From assembly GCA_025453395.1 (NCBI GenBank), contig JALOQK010000002.1, positions 241,102 through 305,101 of the forward strand: DNA of 64,000 nt, in the 5' to 3' direction. The DNA comes from Candidatus Omnitrophota bacterium (GTDB taxonomy: Bacteria; Omnitrophota; Gorgyraeia; Gygaellales; Profunditerraquicolaceae). The translations under genes were made by a program, and so were the position numbers. Positions 1-9,395 of the stretch are shown in pieces (position 1 is the stretch's first letter; each line of letters starts with the position of its first letter). The notes beneath the pieces were generated by a model, which worked only from the letters and a program-made list of their open reading frames with translations, was not told where the DNA came from and made no database searches.

Positions 1-606
1 CAGTATTTCTCCCGCATTATTATAATCAAGCCCGTGGCCGGCGAAAACCCGTAAGTCATTGCTTTTAGCGAACACGGCCGCGTCTTTTAATTGTTTTAAG
101 TATTTTTGTTGTTGGCTTTTATTCTGCGCTTGCGCAAAAGCTCCCGTGTGTAATTCTATTAACCGTACGCCCATCTTTTTAGCCGCGTTTATTTGTTTTT
201 TATCGGGGTCTATGAATAGGCTTACTTTTATGCCTGCTTGTTGAAGTTTTTCTATCGCAGGGCTTATCTTTTTGTATTGCGAAACTAAATCTAATCCGCC
301 TTCGGTGGTAAGTTCCTGCCTTTTTTCCGGGACAAGTGTTGCCTGGTGAGGTTTTACTTTGCAGGCAATATCCACTATCTGTTTGCAGGCAGACATTTCC
401 AGGTTAAATTTAATTCTTAAAATCTTTTTAAGGATAAAAATATCCCGGTCCTGTATATGCCTTCTGTCTTCTCTTAGATGCGCAACAATGGAATCCGCTC
501 CGGCATTCTGTGCGGTTACCGCGGCCAATATCGGGTCAGGGGTATCGCCCAGACGGGCTTGCCTTAAGGTGGCAACGTGGTCAATATTAACCCCAAGTTC
601 CATCAT
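1..606 (-). CDS. pdxJ: Pyridoxine 5'-phosphate synthase PdxJ. This is the 5' part only; the gene continues beyond the window start.
   Basis: Manual minus-strand translation from ATGATG at 601-606 gives MMELGVNIDHVATLRQARLGDTPDPILAAVTAQNAGADSIVAHLREDRRHIQDRD..., the PdxJ N-terminal signature. It is absent from the ORF track because it has no stop inside the window. Confidence 0.75.
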   Translation of the reverse strand, partial: MMELGVNIDHVATLRQARLGDTPDPILAAVTAQNAGADSIVAHLREDRRHIQDRDIFILKKILRIKFNLEMSACKQIVDIACKVKPHQATLVPEKRQELTTEGGLDLVSQYKKISPAIEKLQQAGIKVSLFIDPDKKQINAAKKMGVRLIELHTGAFAQAQNKSQQQKYLKQLKDAAVFAKSNDLRVFAGHGLDYNNAGEIL

Positions 607-607
607 A

Positions 608-745
608 TTAATAGTTGAAACGGTTTATTTCGTCACGCACATAAAACCAGAGCGCTATGGCAATGCCAAGAGCTAATAGTTTCAGCCAGGGGTGAGAAAA
701 AATCCATTTCTTCAGGGAATCGTAGATTTTATTAATCCTGTGCAT
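608..745 (-). CDS. 45-aa single-pass membrane peptide (MHRINKIYDSLKKWIFSHPWLKLLALGIAIALWFYVRDEINRFNY). It sits where a CdaR/YbbR gene would be expected.
   Basis: Manual translation shows one hydrophobic helix. The ATG overlaps the 3' end of cdaA by 14 nt, and the stop lies 2 nt upstream of the pdxJ start. It is below the 60-aa cutoff of the ORF track. Confidence 0.3.
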   Translation of the reverse strand: MHRINKIYDSLKKWIFSHPWLKLLALGIAIALWFYVRDEINRFNY

Positions 746-1490
746 ATTTTTGTTTTAGTATTTCTTTTACAAGAGTAAAAATGCTTTCCCTGCTTAGGTC
801 TTTATGCATTTTACCGTTATAGACAAGCGATATATCATTTCTTTCTTCTGATACAACTATGATGATCGCGTCTGTTTCTTCGCTTAAGCCGATTGCCGCC
901 CGGTGGCGCGTTCCGAATATGCGATTCAGGTTAGAGGATTCGCTTAAAGGAAAAATGCAGCCCGCAGCGCTTATTTTTCCGTGTTGTATGATAATCCCGC
1001 CATCATGAAGGATGCTTTTAGGGGTAAAAATTGACTCTATCAGTTCCGCGGATATTTTACCGTCTATCGTGATACCCTTTTCCACATAATTGGCCAGAGG
1101 GTCTTTTATTTCAAGGGCAATGAGCGCTCCATATTTGTTTCGCGCGAGGTTTTCGCAGGCAGTCATGACCTGGTCCAGCATTGAATCCACATCTTCATCG
1201 CGCAAGGTCGCCCCAAACAGGTGCTGCTGGCCCAGCCGCGCAAGCCCGTGCCTTATCTCCGGATGGAATATGATAAGTATAGCGATAACCGAGATGGCAA
1301 ATAATTTGGTGAATATCCAATCTACTACCTGAAGATTAAGTTTTTGGAATACAAAAAAGGCAAACATTATCAGCACAATCCCCCTTAATACCTGGATGGC
1401 CCTTGTCCCGTAAAAGAACAATATTATGCTGTAGATGATAAACCACAAGATAAGTATTTCCAGTATCATTTGCCAGTTTAAGAATTCCAT
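732..1490 (-). CDS. cdaA: Diadenylate cyclase CdaA (c-di-AMP synthase) with N-terminal TM helices
   Basis: DisA_N/DAC domain with the DGA...RHRAA motifs and three N-terminal hydrophobic helices. The ftsH-folP-cdaA order is a conserved synteny. Confidence 0.85.
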   Translation of the reverse strand: MEFLNWQMILEILILWFIIYSIILFFYGTRAIQVLRGIVLIMFAFFVFQKLNLQVVDWIFTKLFAISVIAILIIFHPEIRHGLARLGQQHLFGATLRDEDVDSMLDQVMTACENLARNKYGALIALEIKDPLANYVEKGITIDGKISAELIESIFTPKSILHDGGIIIQHGKISAAGCIFPLSESSNLNRIFGTRHRAAIGLSEETDAIIIVVSEERNDISLVYNGKMHKDLSRESIFTLVKEILKQKYAQD

Positions 1491-2698
1491 ATTTTAGAGG
1501 CCGCCTCCCAAATCTTTAGAGCTTCATTTATCTGTTTTATATCATGTATTCTTAAGATATTCACGCCATTTTTTACTGCTAAAAGGCAGGCGGCGATGGT
1601 ACCGTTTATTCTTTTTTGGGGGTCTTCTATGCCAAGGATATTACCGATGAATGATTTGCGCGATGGCCCGATAAGAACAGGCATCCCAAGGGTTTTAAAT
1701 TCCCGAAGCCTGTTTAATATTTCCAGGTTATGCTCCAGCGTCTTTCCAAAGCCAATTCCGGGATCAATAATGATCTTATTGTTAGGTATAGACGCATCGT
1801 GGGCTTTGTTTATAGATTCAGAAAGAAAGCTTTTTATATCCGCAATAAGGTTGGCATAACTGATATTCTTCTGCATATTACTAGGCCTGTTGCGCATATG
1901 CATAATAACTACCGCGGCTTTATATCTTGCTATTACTTTGGGCATTTTTTTATCGCGCAATCCGCTTATATCATTTACTATTGCCGCCCCGTTATCAAGG
2001 GCAGCTTTTGCTACTTCGGGTTTATAGGTATCAATAGAAATCGGTATCCGGATTTTCTTGGCTAAAAGCTTGATTACCGGGATAACCCGGCGTAATTGCT
2101 CTTTTTCTGATACCGGCTTTGCCTGCGGGCGGCTTGATTCTCCTCCTACATCTATTATTTGCGCTTTTTCTTTAACCATGCTTAACGCCGCATCAAGTAT
2201 TTTTCCGGTGTCAATACTATTGTTTTGGTATAACCCGTCGTTGCTAAAAGAATCAGGGGTAATGTTTAATATCCCCATCAAGCAAGCTTGGCCTTCTTTC
2301 AGGTGAAGCCGGGTAGACCCTAGATCTACCGTAAAAGAGTTTCTTTGATAGTTAGCAAAAAGTGTTTTAAGCTGTTTGGCGAAATCAGCCATACCAAAAG
2401 GCTGTAATTTCATTTTTTCTTGCAGCTTATGGAATTGGGATAAGTTTCCGATTAGGATACAGGGCGTTTTTTTTATTTGTCCGGTTAAGCTGCTGCGGCT
2501 TACGGCCGCGTCCGCTCCCAAGGAAAGCATTTGCTGCTTCAGGATATTAGCGGAAGGATTGCTTATGGAGGGGATTTCAACCATTAAGCTTGATGCTTTA
2601 GGAGACATTATTTTAATCCCGTAGGCATCTACGTTTATTCCCCGCATTATTTTATTAATTGTTTCAGAGTTATTTGTTTCAATAATGCGCATATCCAT
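1478..2698 (-). CDS. folP: Dihydropteroate synthase FolP with an extra N-terminal domain of about 130 aa
   Basis: Pterin-binding DHPS core (GILNITPDSFSNDG and DVGGES motifs) from about residue 135. At 406 aa it is well above the usual ~280 aa for DHPS. Confidence 0.85.
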   Translation of the reverse strand: MDMRIIETNNSETINKIMRGINVDAYGIKIMSPKASSLMVEIPSISNPSANILKQQMLSLGADAAVSRSSLTGQIKKTPCILIGNLSQFHKLQEKMKLQPFGMADFAKQLKTLFANYQRNSFTVDLGSTRLHLKEGQACLMGILNITPDSFSNDGLYQNNSIDTGKILDAALSMVKEKAQIIDVGGESSRPQAKPVSEKEQLRRVIPVIKLLAKKIRIPISIDTYKPEVAKAALDNGAAIVNDISGLRDKKMPKVIARYKAAVVIMHMRNRPSNMQKNISYANLIADIKSFLSESINKAHDASIPNNKIIIDPGIGFGKTLEHNLEILNRLREFKTLGMPVLIGPSRKSFIGNILGIEDPQKRINGTIAACLLAVKNGVNILRIHDIKQINEALKIWEAASKIWNS

Positions 2699-2710
2699 GG
2701 GGTTTTAGGT

Positions 2711-4570
2711 TTATAATCCTAAAAGCGCCTTTGCTTCTTCGCCGCTTAAAACTTCTTTTTCCAAAAGGGTTTTAGAAAGAAGAAGCAATTTGTCTTTATT
2801 TTCTATGATAAGTTTCTTAGCCTTTGCGTAGCAGTCGTCAATTATCTTTTTTATTTCTTCATCAATGATCCTGGCGGTTTGTTCGCTGTAGTTTCTTTCT
2901 TCCATAAGGTCGCGCCCTAAGAAAATCAATCCTTCGCGTTTGCCTAAAGTCAAATGCCCCAATCTCTCGGACATTCCTAACTGGCATACCATATAACGCG
3001 CCATATGAGTGGCTTTTTCCAGGTCATCCTGCGCCCCAGTTGTTATATCCGAAAGATTTATTTCTTCAGAAGCCCTGCCGCCTAAGGTCAACGAAATCTT
3101 TGCCATGATTTCACTGCGGGTTAGATAATGTTTATCTTCAAGCGGAGCGACAAAGGTATAGCCTCCGGCTAATCCGCGGGGGATAATCGAAACCTTTTTC
3201 AAGGGGTCAATTTCAGGCATTAATAGCGACAACAGCGCGTGCCCTGATTCATGCACCGAGGTTATTTCTTTTTCCTTCTTAGACATGATATGGCTTTTCT
3301 TCTCCGGGCCCATCAGGACGCGCTCAACGGATTTTTCAAATTCAATCATGCCCACAGATTCTCTATTGTACCTTGCCGCCAATAATGCGGCTTCATTACA
3401 CAGGTTTGCCAGGTCTGCTCCAGAGAATCCGGGAGTTTGCGAAGCAATAGATCTCATGTCCGCTTCCGGGGCTACTTTAATTTTACGCGTATGCACTTTT
3501 AATATTTCTTCTCTGCCCTTTATGTCAGGCAAATTAACTATGATATTGCGGTCAAATCTTCCCGGGCGAAGAAGCGCCGGGTCTAAAGTGTCAGGCCGGT
3601 TAGTAGCGGCAATAAGGATTATTCCATGTTCAGTATCAAATCCGTCCATCTCTACTAAAAGCTGGTTTAAGGTCTGTTCCCTTTCATCGTGGCCACCTCC
3701 AATGCCGGAAAAACGCAGCCTTCCCACTGCGTCAATTTCATCGATAAAAATAATCGCTCCCTTACCGGATACCTTTGAGGCGCGCCTGCCTTGATCAAAA
3801 AGATCCCTTACCCGGCTGGCGCCTACTCCGACAAACATCTCTACAAAGTCAGAGCCGGATATTCCAAAGAATGGCACTGCTGCTTCGCCTGCTACTGCTT
3901 TAGCGATCAATGTTTTTCCGCATCCCGGAGGCCCGACTAAAAGCACTCCCTTGGGGATTTTTCCTCCTAAGCGCTGGAATTTCTTGGGGTCTTTTAAGAA
4001 TTCTATAACTTCTTTTAGCTCTTCCTTAGCTTCATCCACGCCTGCCACATCGTCAAAAGTAACTTTTTCTTTTTTTGCCTCATCATGTATTTTCGGGCGA
4101 ATCTTTCCAAATCCCATTACCCTGTTGCCCATCTGTTCGCCGCGCGCTGACATTATCCAAAAAAAGAATATTAAAAGAAGTATCGGCCCCAAATTAAACA
4201 AAAGATTAGTCAGGAATGTGCGGGCCGGCTTTACTTCAAAATTAGGGATATTTTTGTTAGCAACATTTTCCTGGACTTTGCTTAGCAGCTCTTGGTCGTT
4301 TTCCGGTATCGTTAGCTTAAAATGGCTGTTATCGTCTAACTCGCCCATAAGGTCGGTTTCTATTTTTACAAGAGATTTTATTCTTTGCGGGGTGTTGTAT
4401 AATATGCGGTAAAACTCTCCGTAGGTCATTTCTTTCGTGCTTACATTCACCCCTGTATTCAGCAAATTGGCGAATAAATACAAAGCCATTAGGCCGATAA
4501 AAATCCATATCCATGGCATATTGGGTACTGGGGCATTCTTTTTTGGTGATTTATTATTTTTTACCGGCAT
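2711..4570 (-). CDS. ftsH: ATP-dependent zinc metalloprotease FtsH
   Basis: N-terminal TM helices, AAA+ Walker A GPPGCGKT, the second region of homology, and the HESGHAL zinc motif. Confidence 0.95.
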   Translation of the reverse strand: MPVKNNKSPKKNAPVPNMPWIWIFIGLMALYLFANLLNTGVNVSTKEMTYGEFYRILYNTPQRIKSLVKIETDLMGELDDNSHFKLTIPENDQELLSKVQENVANKNIPNFEVKPARTFLTNLLFNLGPILLLIFFFWIMSARGEQMGNRVMGFGKIRPKIHDEAKKEKVTFDDVAGVDEAKEELKEVIEFLKDPKKFQRLGGKIPKGVLLVGPPGCGKTLIAKAVAGEAAVPFFGISGSDFVEMFVGVGASRVRDLFDQGRRASKVSGKGAIIFIDEIDAVGRLRFSGIGGGHDEREQTLNQLLVEMDGFDTEHGIILIAATNRPDTLDPALLRPGRFDRNIIVNLPDIKGREEILKVHTRKIKVAPEADMRSIASQTPGFSGADLANLCNEAALLAARYNRESVGMIEFEKSVERVLMGPEKKSHIMSKKEKEITSVHESGHALLSLLMPEIDPLKKVSIIPRGLAGGYTFVAPLEDKHYLTRSEIMAKISLTLGGRASEEINLSDITTGAQDDLEKATHMARYMVCQLGMSERLGHLTLGKREGLIFLGRDLMEERNYSEQTARIIDEEIKKIIDDCYAKAKKLIIENKDKLLLLSKTLLEKEVLSGEEAKALLGL

Positions 4571-4646
4571 TATTTCTCCTTAAGTCTGCAGATCAGTTTA
4601 TAGAGTAGATTTATAATTATATTACAATTAAGCATAAAATCAAGTG

Positions 4647-5609
4647 TTATCGGGCTAATTGAAGTTTTAAATATCCGGATTTCTTGACAGCAGCAATGCC
4701 TGCCGGCAGGTCAACGATTGAGTTATTGGGGCGGTTATAAACGGTGTCCACAATTTCGTGGATGTGGCAGGCAGCGATCCGGCGGGTATCTCCTTTTAAG
4801 TTTTCAATAAGCAGGCGGATAACAAGATTTTGCATCGCCGGGTGTAACCTTACAAAGTTTGCGATCTCTACTGTTTTTCTATTGCTGACGATCTTTTTTG
4901 CTTTTTCGTAAAGATAGTCGTGGTCAGTTTCCGCGTTTACAGCGAGTGTCCTTAGCGCCGATTTTATATTCCGGTTATACTTTTGCTCTAACAATGGGAT
5001 AAGCTGTTTACGCAGGCGGTTACGCAAATATTTATCCTCAGCGTTTGTTTTATCTATCCTGAAGGGGATGCGGTTGTTTTTCAAGAAAATCCTGATATCC
5101 TTGCGCGAAGTTTCAACAAGCGGGCGGATAATGGTAAACCCATGCAATTGCCTTTTTGGCAAAATGCCCCGCAGCCCATAAAGCCCGGTCCCCCGGATAA
5201 TACGCATTAGAACAGTTTCTGCCTGATCGTCAAGGTTGTGCCCCAGGGCTATTTTGTTTATATGGTTTTTTCTGGCAGTTTCAAAAAGAAACTTAAGCCG
5301 CGCGTTACGCGCGGTTTCTTCAATATTATTCCTGGGGATATTTTTTGCCGCTATCCTCGCGGTAGTAATTTTTAAGCCATATTTTTTGGCAAGCTTCTCT
5401 GCCAGTTTTCTGTCTTTATATGAGTCTGGCCTTAAGGCATGATCTAAATGCGCCAGGTGAAGTTTCAAGCCCCAGAAAGGGGCTATCTCCACAAGCGCGC
5501 GCAAAAGCGCGCTTGAATCCGGGCCAGCCGATACGCCAACTAGGATTTTGTCATTTTTGTTAATCAGCCTGTATCTTTGGGAAGTTTTCTTTAGTTGTTC
5601 TATAACCAT
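4647..5609 (-). CDS. tilS: tRNA(Ile)-lysidine synthetase TilS
   Basis: PP-loop SAGPDSSAL (SGGxDS-type) N-terminal ATP-pyrophosphatase domain. The tilS-ftsH neighbourhood is conserved. Confidence 0.85.
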   Translation of the reverse strand: MVIEQLKKTSQRYRLINKNDKILVGVSAGPDSSALLRALVEIAPFWGLKLHLAHLDHALRPDSYKDRKLAEKLAKKYGLKITTARIAAKNIPRNNIEETARNARLKFLFETARKNHINKIALGHNLDDQAETVLMRIIRGTGLYGLRGILPKRQLHGFTIIRPLVETSRKDIRIFLKNNRIPFRIDKTNAEDKYLRNRLRKQLIPLLEQKYNRNIKSALRTLAVNAETDHDYLYEKAKKIVSNRKTVEIANFVRLHPAMQNLVIRLLIENLKGDTRRIAACHIHEIVDTVYNRPNNSIVDLPAGIAAVKKSGYLKLQLAR

Positions 5610-5627
5610 CGCGGCAATTTCTAATTC

Positions 5628-6116
5628 CTATGATTTAGGCAGGTTGCGTCTTATTACCGATATAAGCTCATCGGTTGTGAAAGGTTTGGATATATAATCA
5701 TCTACTCCATAGGTATCCGCTGCTATTCGCGGGATTTTATCATGCGGCATATCTTTGCTCTGCGCAATGGCAATAGGGTTATTGGGAAGCCACTTCCATT
5801 TCTTTTGTTTTGCGCAATAGTTCATCTCTCCGAATCCGCTCATGATGATAATGGGTATGTTTTGGGTGCTTGGGTTTCTCTTTAATGATTCCGCTATAAA
5901 GGAACCCTTTCTTTGCGGCATAACTACATCAAGAATGATCAGGTCCGGTTCAATAGCTTGGCATAGCTTCTCTGCGTCCAGGGGATTTGTTGTGGTAACA
6001 ACCTTAAACCTGCCCGTAGATTCAAGGTTTACCTTTATCAAGCTGCAAAGGTCTTCTTCATCGTCAACAACCAGCAGTTTATAGATGTTTTTATCTTCTT
6101 TGCTTGTTGTAAACAC
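5628..6116 (-). CDS. Stand-alone response-regulator receiver protein (CheY-like) with an internal insertion
   Basis: LLVVDDEED, phospho-acceptor D in DLIILDVVMP, IIIMSG and KPF motifs. About 25 extra residues sit between the S/T and KP motifs. There is no output domain. Confidence 0.75.
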   Translation of the reverse strand: MFTTSKEDKNIYKLLVVDDEEDLCSLIKVNLESTGRFKVVTTTNPLDAEKLCQAIEPDLIILDVVMPQRKGSFIAESLKRNPSTQNIPIIIMSGFGEMNYCAKQKKWKWLPNNPIAIAQSKDMPHDKIPRIAADTYGVDDYISKPFTTDELISVIRRNLPKS

Positions 6117-6858
6117 AGCGCTCTCCTTTTAGCCTCGGTATGTGAATGGCAAATTTTGTCCATTTACCTTTGAGGCTTTTTGCCTGAATTGTGGCATTAT
6201 GGCGTTTTAAGATATGGTAAACCATCGCCAGGCCAAGGCCGGTGCCCTCCTTCTTAGTGCTGAAAAACGGGTCAAATATGTTATTAAGATAATCTTTTTC
6301 AATGCCGCTGCCGTCATCTTCAATATGTATAACCGCGTATTTGCGGTCGCTTGAACTGCTGATTGTTATCTTGATGTTGCGGCAATGGGCTTCCAGAGAG
6401 TTATTCATTAAATTCAAGAACACCTCTTCCATGAGCACCATGTCGGCATTTATCAATAAATCTTCCTGCGGATAATGGATACATATTTTTGCCGCGCATA
6501 TCTTGGCTTTATTCTGGATAAGATATAGCGCCCTGGTTATGATATCTTTGAGAAAAACATGCTTTAATTCTGATTGCGCGGGGCGTGAAAAATTTAATAG
6601 CTCGGAAATGACTTTATTCGCCCGCAAAGACGCCTGCTTGATCATCTCGGAATATTTAGCTATTTTTTCCTTTTCTTTGAATTTACTTTTCAGCAGGGTA
6701 TTTTTTATCGCTTCATTCGCCTGAAAGATAATAGCCAAAGGGTTTTTAATTTCATGGGCCACCCCCACGGATAATTGCCCGGCAAGGGCCATTTTTTCCG
6801 ACTGGATGAGCATGTCCTGGGTTTTACGGGAAGTAAGAAGCGTAGGCCGCATGCTCAT
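6091..6858 (-). CDS. Soluble histidine kinase (HisKA plus HATPase_c), with no sensor or TM domain
   Basis: H-box VGVAHEIKNPL about 30 aa from the N-terminus, and N, G1 and G2 boxes (GTGLGLAMV). It overlaps the receiver gene by 26 nt. Confidence 0.8.
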   Translation of the reverse strand: MSMRPTLLTSRKTQDMLIQSEKMALAGQLSVGVAHEIKNPLAIIFQANEAIKNTLLKSKFKEKEKIAKYSEMIKQASLRANKVISELLNFSRPAQSELKHVFLKDIITRALYLIQNKAKICAAKICIHYPQEDLLINADMVLMEEVFLNLMNNSLEAHCRNIKITISSSSDRKYAVIHIEDDGSGIEKDYLNNIFDPFFSTKKEGTGLGLAMVYHILKRHNATIQAKSLKGKWTKFAIHIPRLKGERCVYNKQRR

Positions 6859-6859
6859 A

Positions 6860-7138
6860 TTATGATTTCAGGGTTATAAAGAATACTACCGAAGAGATAA
6901 TGCAAAGAATCCCTATGGCCACTCGCTTGTTTAATAGCCACTCATGAAAGGTCATTATGTTTTTTTCTACAACCAGTATTTTCTTTATTTTTACCGGCAT
7001 GATATTTTGCGCCAGTTTTTCTTCAAGGATGCGGTAATTAGAGTAGACAGCGATAATTACTCCTATAACAAAAAGTAACGGGCTGGACCAAAAGAAAATA
7101 ACCCTTAAAGCTGTGATAACAGTTAAAACGTCTTCCAT
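6860..7138 (-). CDS. Small hypothetical membrane protein (two predicted TM helices)
   Basis: ORF with two hydrophobic segments, tightly packed between the kinase gene and the next ORF. No recognisable domain. Confidence 0.4.
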   Translation of the reverse strand: MEDVLTVITALRVIFFWSSPLLFVIGVIIAVYSNYRILEEKLAQNIMPVKIKKILVVEKNIMTFHEWLLNKRVAIGILCIISSVVFFITLKS

Positions 7139-7150
7139 ATCGCCTCCTTT

Positions 7151-7486
7151 TTAATTTTTTATTTGCAGCCTTGATTTAAAATGATGCCCCACCTTAAGAT
7201 CGCTGAAAGGGAAGATTTCGATAAAATCTGTGCGCCCATCAAGCTCTATATTATTGTCATTTGTTTTTTGCAGCGACCATGATAACCAGAACTTCTTGCC
7301 GTTAATATTTTCTACCTGTTTTTGGGGGCCTTGCTTTATTTGTTTTAAGAGGATTTCTGTGTCTGTAGCGTAGAACTCTTCTGTTTTCTTATCGGAAAGA
7401 ATGGTTGCCAGGCTTGACTTGTCATAGTATTGGTAGCCTATCCAGCCAATCCATATGAATATGATGATTAAGATAAATCTGAGCAT
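7151..7486 (-). CDS. Hypothetical membrane-anchored protein
   Basis: The ORF-track ORF 7151..7549 overlaps the tRNA gene. I trimmed it to the internal ATG at 7486 (MLRFILIIIFIWIGW..., an N-terminal TM helix). Confidence 0.4.
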   Translation of the reverse strand: MLRFILIIIFIWIGWIGYQYYDKSSLATILSDKKTEEFYATDTEILLKQIKQGPQKQVENINGKKFWLSWSLQKTNDNNIELDGRTDFIEIFPFSDLKVGHHFKSRLQIKN

Positions 7487-7522
7487 TTCTGGCTCCTTTT
7501 TAAGCTTGCTAATGAATAGGTT

Positions 7523-7599
7523 TGGTGACGGCGAGTGGATTCGGACCACTGACCGAGCGGGTATGAGCCGCTTGCTCTACCAGGCTGAGCTACGCCGTC
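7523..7599 (-). tRNA. tRNA-Met (anticodon CAT), with CCA encoded
   Basis: Minus-strand sequence GACGGCGTAGCTCAGCCTGGTAGAGCAAGCGGCTCATACCCGCTCGGTCAGTGGTCCGAATCCACTCGCCGTCACCA folds as a cloverleaf with a 7-bp acceptor stem and a GTCC/GAATCC T-arm. G1-C72 argues against an initiator tRNA. Confidence 0.85.
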
Positions 7600-7720
7600 A
7601 AATTTAAATTATCAAGGCCTGTGTTTGCTTGAAGATTATCCGCCTGTATCCTATAGCTGCTTGAGCTGTTATACTGTTGTATTTTAGCATAAAAAATACA
7701 AAAGACAAGGATCGCAGTGC

Positions 7721-8107
7721 TTAAGGCTTTTTGGATGCAACTTGATCATAAAAGCTCCACCCCCAGCTTAAAAGCGTATTAGTTTGGTTATTTATGGCAA
7801 TAGGCGTATAATCTTTTTCCTGTAACTTTGAGAATAATTTAGGCTGTTTTGTGGCATAAAATAGAAATTCAATTACCAGGCCATTCCAGAAATATGTTTC
7901 TATGCGTTTCGGCGTTCCCATCAGCTGAATAACAGCTTTTCTTTGCATCCCTGGCCTTAGTTTGCTTATATTCTCTGTATTTATTTTGGCTTTTGTTTTT
8001 GGCAGGAATGAAAGTATCTGGGGGTTGCTTAAAATATACAGGTAGATAGCGAAAGCGGAAAAAGCCGCTATGAGGATAAACTTTAATCCTTTGGCAAGCT
8101 TTTTCAC
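7721..8107 (-). CDS. SmpA/OmlA (BamE-like) domain protein with an N-terminal membrane anchor
   Basis: The motif LRPGMQRKAVIQLMGTP resembles the BamE LxxGMTxxQVxxLLGxP signature. N-terminal hydrophobic helix. Confidence 0.5.
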   Translation of the reverse strand: MKKLAKGLKFILIAAFSAFAIYLYILSNPQILSFLPKTKAKINTENISKLRPGMQRKAVIQLMGTPKRIETYFWNGLVIEFLFYATKQPKLFSKLQEKDYTPIAINNQTNTLLSWGWSFYDQVASKKP

Positions 8108-9018
8108 TGGATGTTTTCTCCTACGCGGTATTGCATATCAACATTGCCGAAGCGCATGACTACGCAGTCTGGCTTGATCTGGGTTATAGTGCCTGCGCAG
8201 GTTTGATCATTGATATGGTAGATTATCCGGTCAATGAAAACAAATGGGCTTACCTGCGAGTAGAATATCGCGTCTATTCTGCAAGGCGCGCGCGGTTTGT
8301 CCTGCTGAGCAAGAAGAGTTTGGCTTAAAACGTCAATCCCCGAAGCCTCTTTAGCTTCAATGATATTTAAGGCGGATTCCGCCGCAAACTGGCGGGATTG
8401 TTTTATGATCTGCTGGTATTTGTATTCACAGTTTTTATCATTGGTGCCCAAAAGTTCTAATCTTTGCTCTAATGCCAACAGCTTCTGGTTATAGGATTGG
8501 ATAAGGTTGTATTTGGCATTTTTTAGCGCCTCTGATATCTGCGCAGGCAGATCTGCTGATATGGAAATAAACTTAATATCCTGGGTTATTTTCTCGCATT
8601 GTCCTATTGCTTGCTTGAGCATAAGATAAGCCTCTTTTGTCTCAAGGCGTTTTTGTCCCCATAAAGATATTGCTTCGTTTTGCCGGCTTAAGGCTTCTAG
8701 CGCCGGCTTTTCTACCGATGCCAAAGAATTTTCAAAGGCGATAATTTCATTTTGTATTTGCATTTTCGGCATAAAAGCGGGCCTTTCTTCTGGCTTTTGT
8801 TCCATACGTTTTTCTATTTGCTTGACTGTCCTTTCTATTGCTTCATCAATGCGCGCCTGTCTTTCGCGCAAGGTATTGATTGCCTGCTGTTTTGCGGAAA
8901 TATTTTCTACCATCTGCGGAATTGTGCTATTGAAATAATGCCAGAGAAATAGCCCTAATCCGGCAATTACGGCAAGCGTTAATAATGCGAAAATGATTTT
9001 TATCGGTTTTATCTGCAT
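8104..9018 (-). CDS. Membrane-anchored coiled-coil protein of unknown function
   Basis: N-terminal TM helix, long heptad-rich Q/E/K region, and a C-terminal domain of about 70 aa containing RAPCR...NDQTCAG (a weak PilZ-like RxxxR...DxSxxG echo). Confidence 0.5.
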   Translation of the reverse strand: MQIKPIKIIFALLTLAVIAGLGLFLWHYFNSTIPQMVENISAKQQAINTLRERQARIDEAIERTVKQIEKRMEQKPEERPAFMPKMQIQNEIIAFENSLASVEKPALEALSRQNEAISLWGQKRLETKEAYLMLKQAIGQCEKITQDIKFISISADLPAQISEALKNAKYNLIQSYNQKLLALEQRLELLGTNDKNCEYKYQQIIKQSRQFAAESALNIIEAKEASGIDVLSQTLLAQQDKPRAPCRIDAIFYSQVSPFVFIDRIIYHINDQTCAGTITQIKPDCVVMRFGNVDMQYRVGENIQ

Positions 9019-9395
9019 ATTTTAGGCAAAAAAAGTATCACTCCTACCGCTATGGCGTTTAACGAAGTAATCAAGACTACCGCGGCAGCGATGTCTTTGA
9101 TTAATTTTATCATAGGATTGTATTTTCTGGTAGCCATATCAAGCATCATTTCAATGGCGGTATTGAATATCTCTGCGACAAAAACAAGGGTTACCGCAAT
9201 AAAAATGGATACAAGTTCCATTCCCTTCAGCTTAAGCATGATCCCTAAAAGAAAAACGGCGATACCTGAAAGAAAAATAATGCGCATATTGCGGTGATAG
9301 ACAAACAGGTACGCTATGCCAGTTACTGCCAGGCGCATGCTTTCCCAGAAGCCGTGAAAACGAAAAATATGCCTTAATATTTTTACCCGCTTCAT
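9009..9395 (-). CDS. dgkA: Diacylglycerol kinase / undecaprenol kinase family (DgkA)
   Basis: Three TM helices and the conserved AEIFNTAIEMMLD motif of prokaryotic DgkA. Confidence 0.7.
   Translation of the reverse strand: MKRVKILRHIFRFHGFWESMRLAVTGIAYLFVYHRNMRIIFLSGIAVFLLGIMLKLKGMELVSIFIAVTLVFVAEIFNTAIEMMLDMATRKYNPMIKLIKDIAAAVVLITSLNAIAVGVILFLPKICR

Noticed and set aside
7151-7549. Full-length ORF 7151..7549 as called by the ORF track
   Set aside because: Its first 21 codons overlap the 3' half of the tRNA-Met gene on the same strand. The internal ATG at 7486, followed by a TM helix, is the plausible start.
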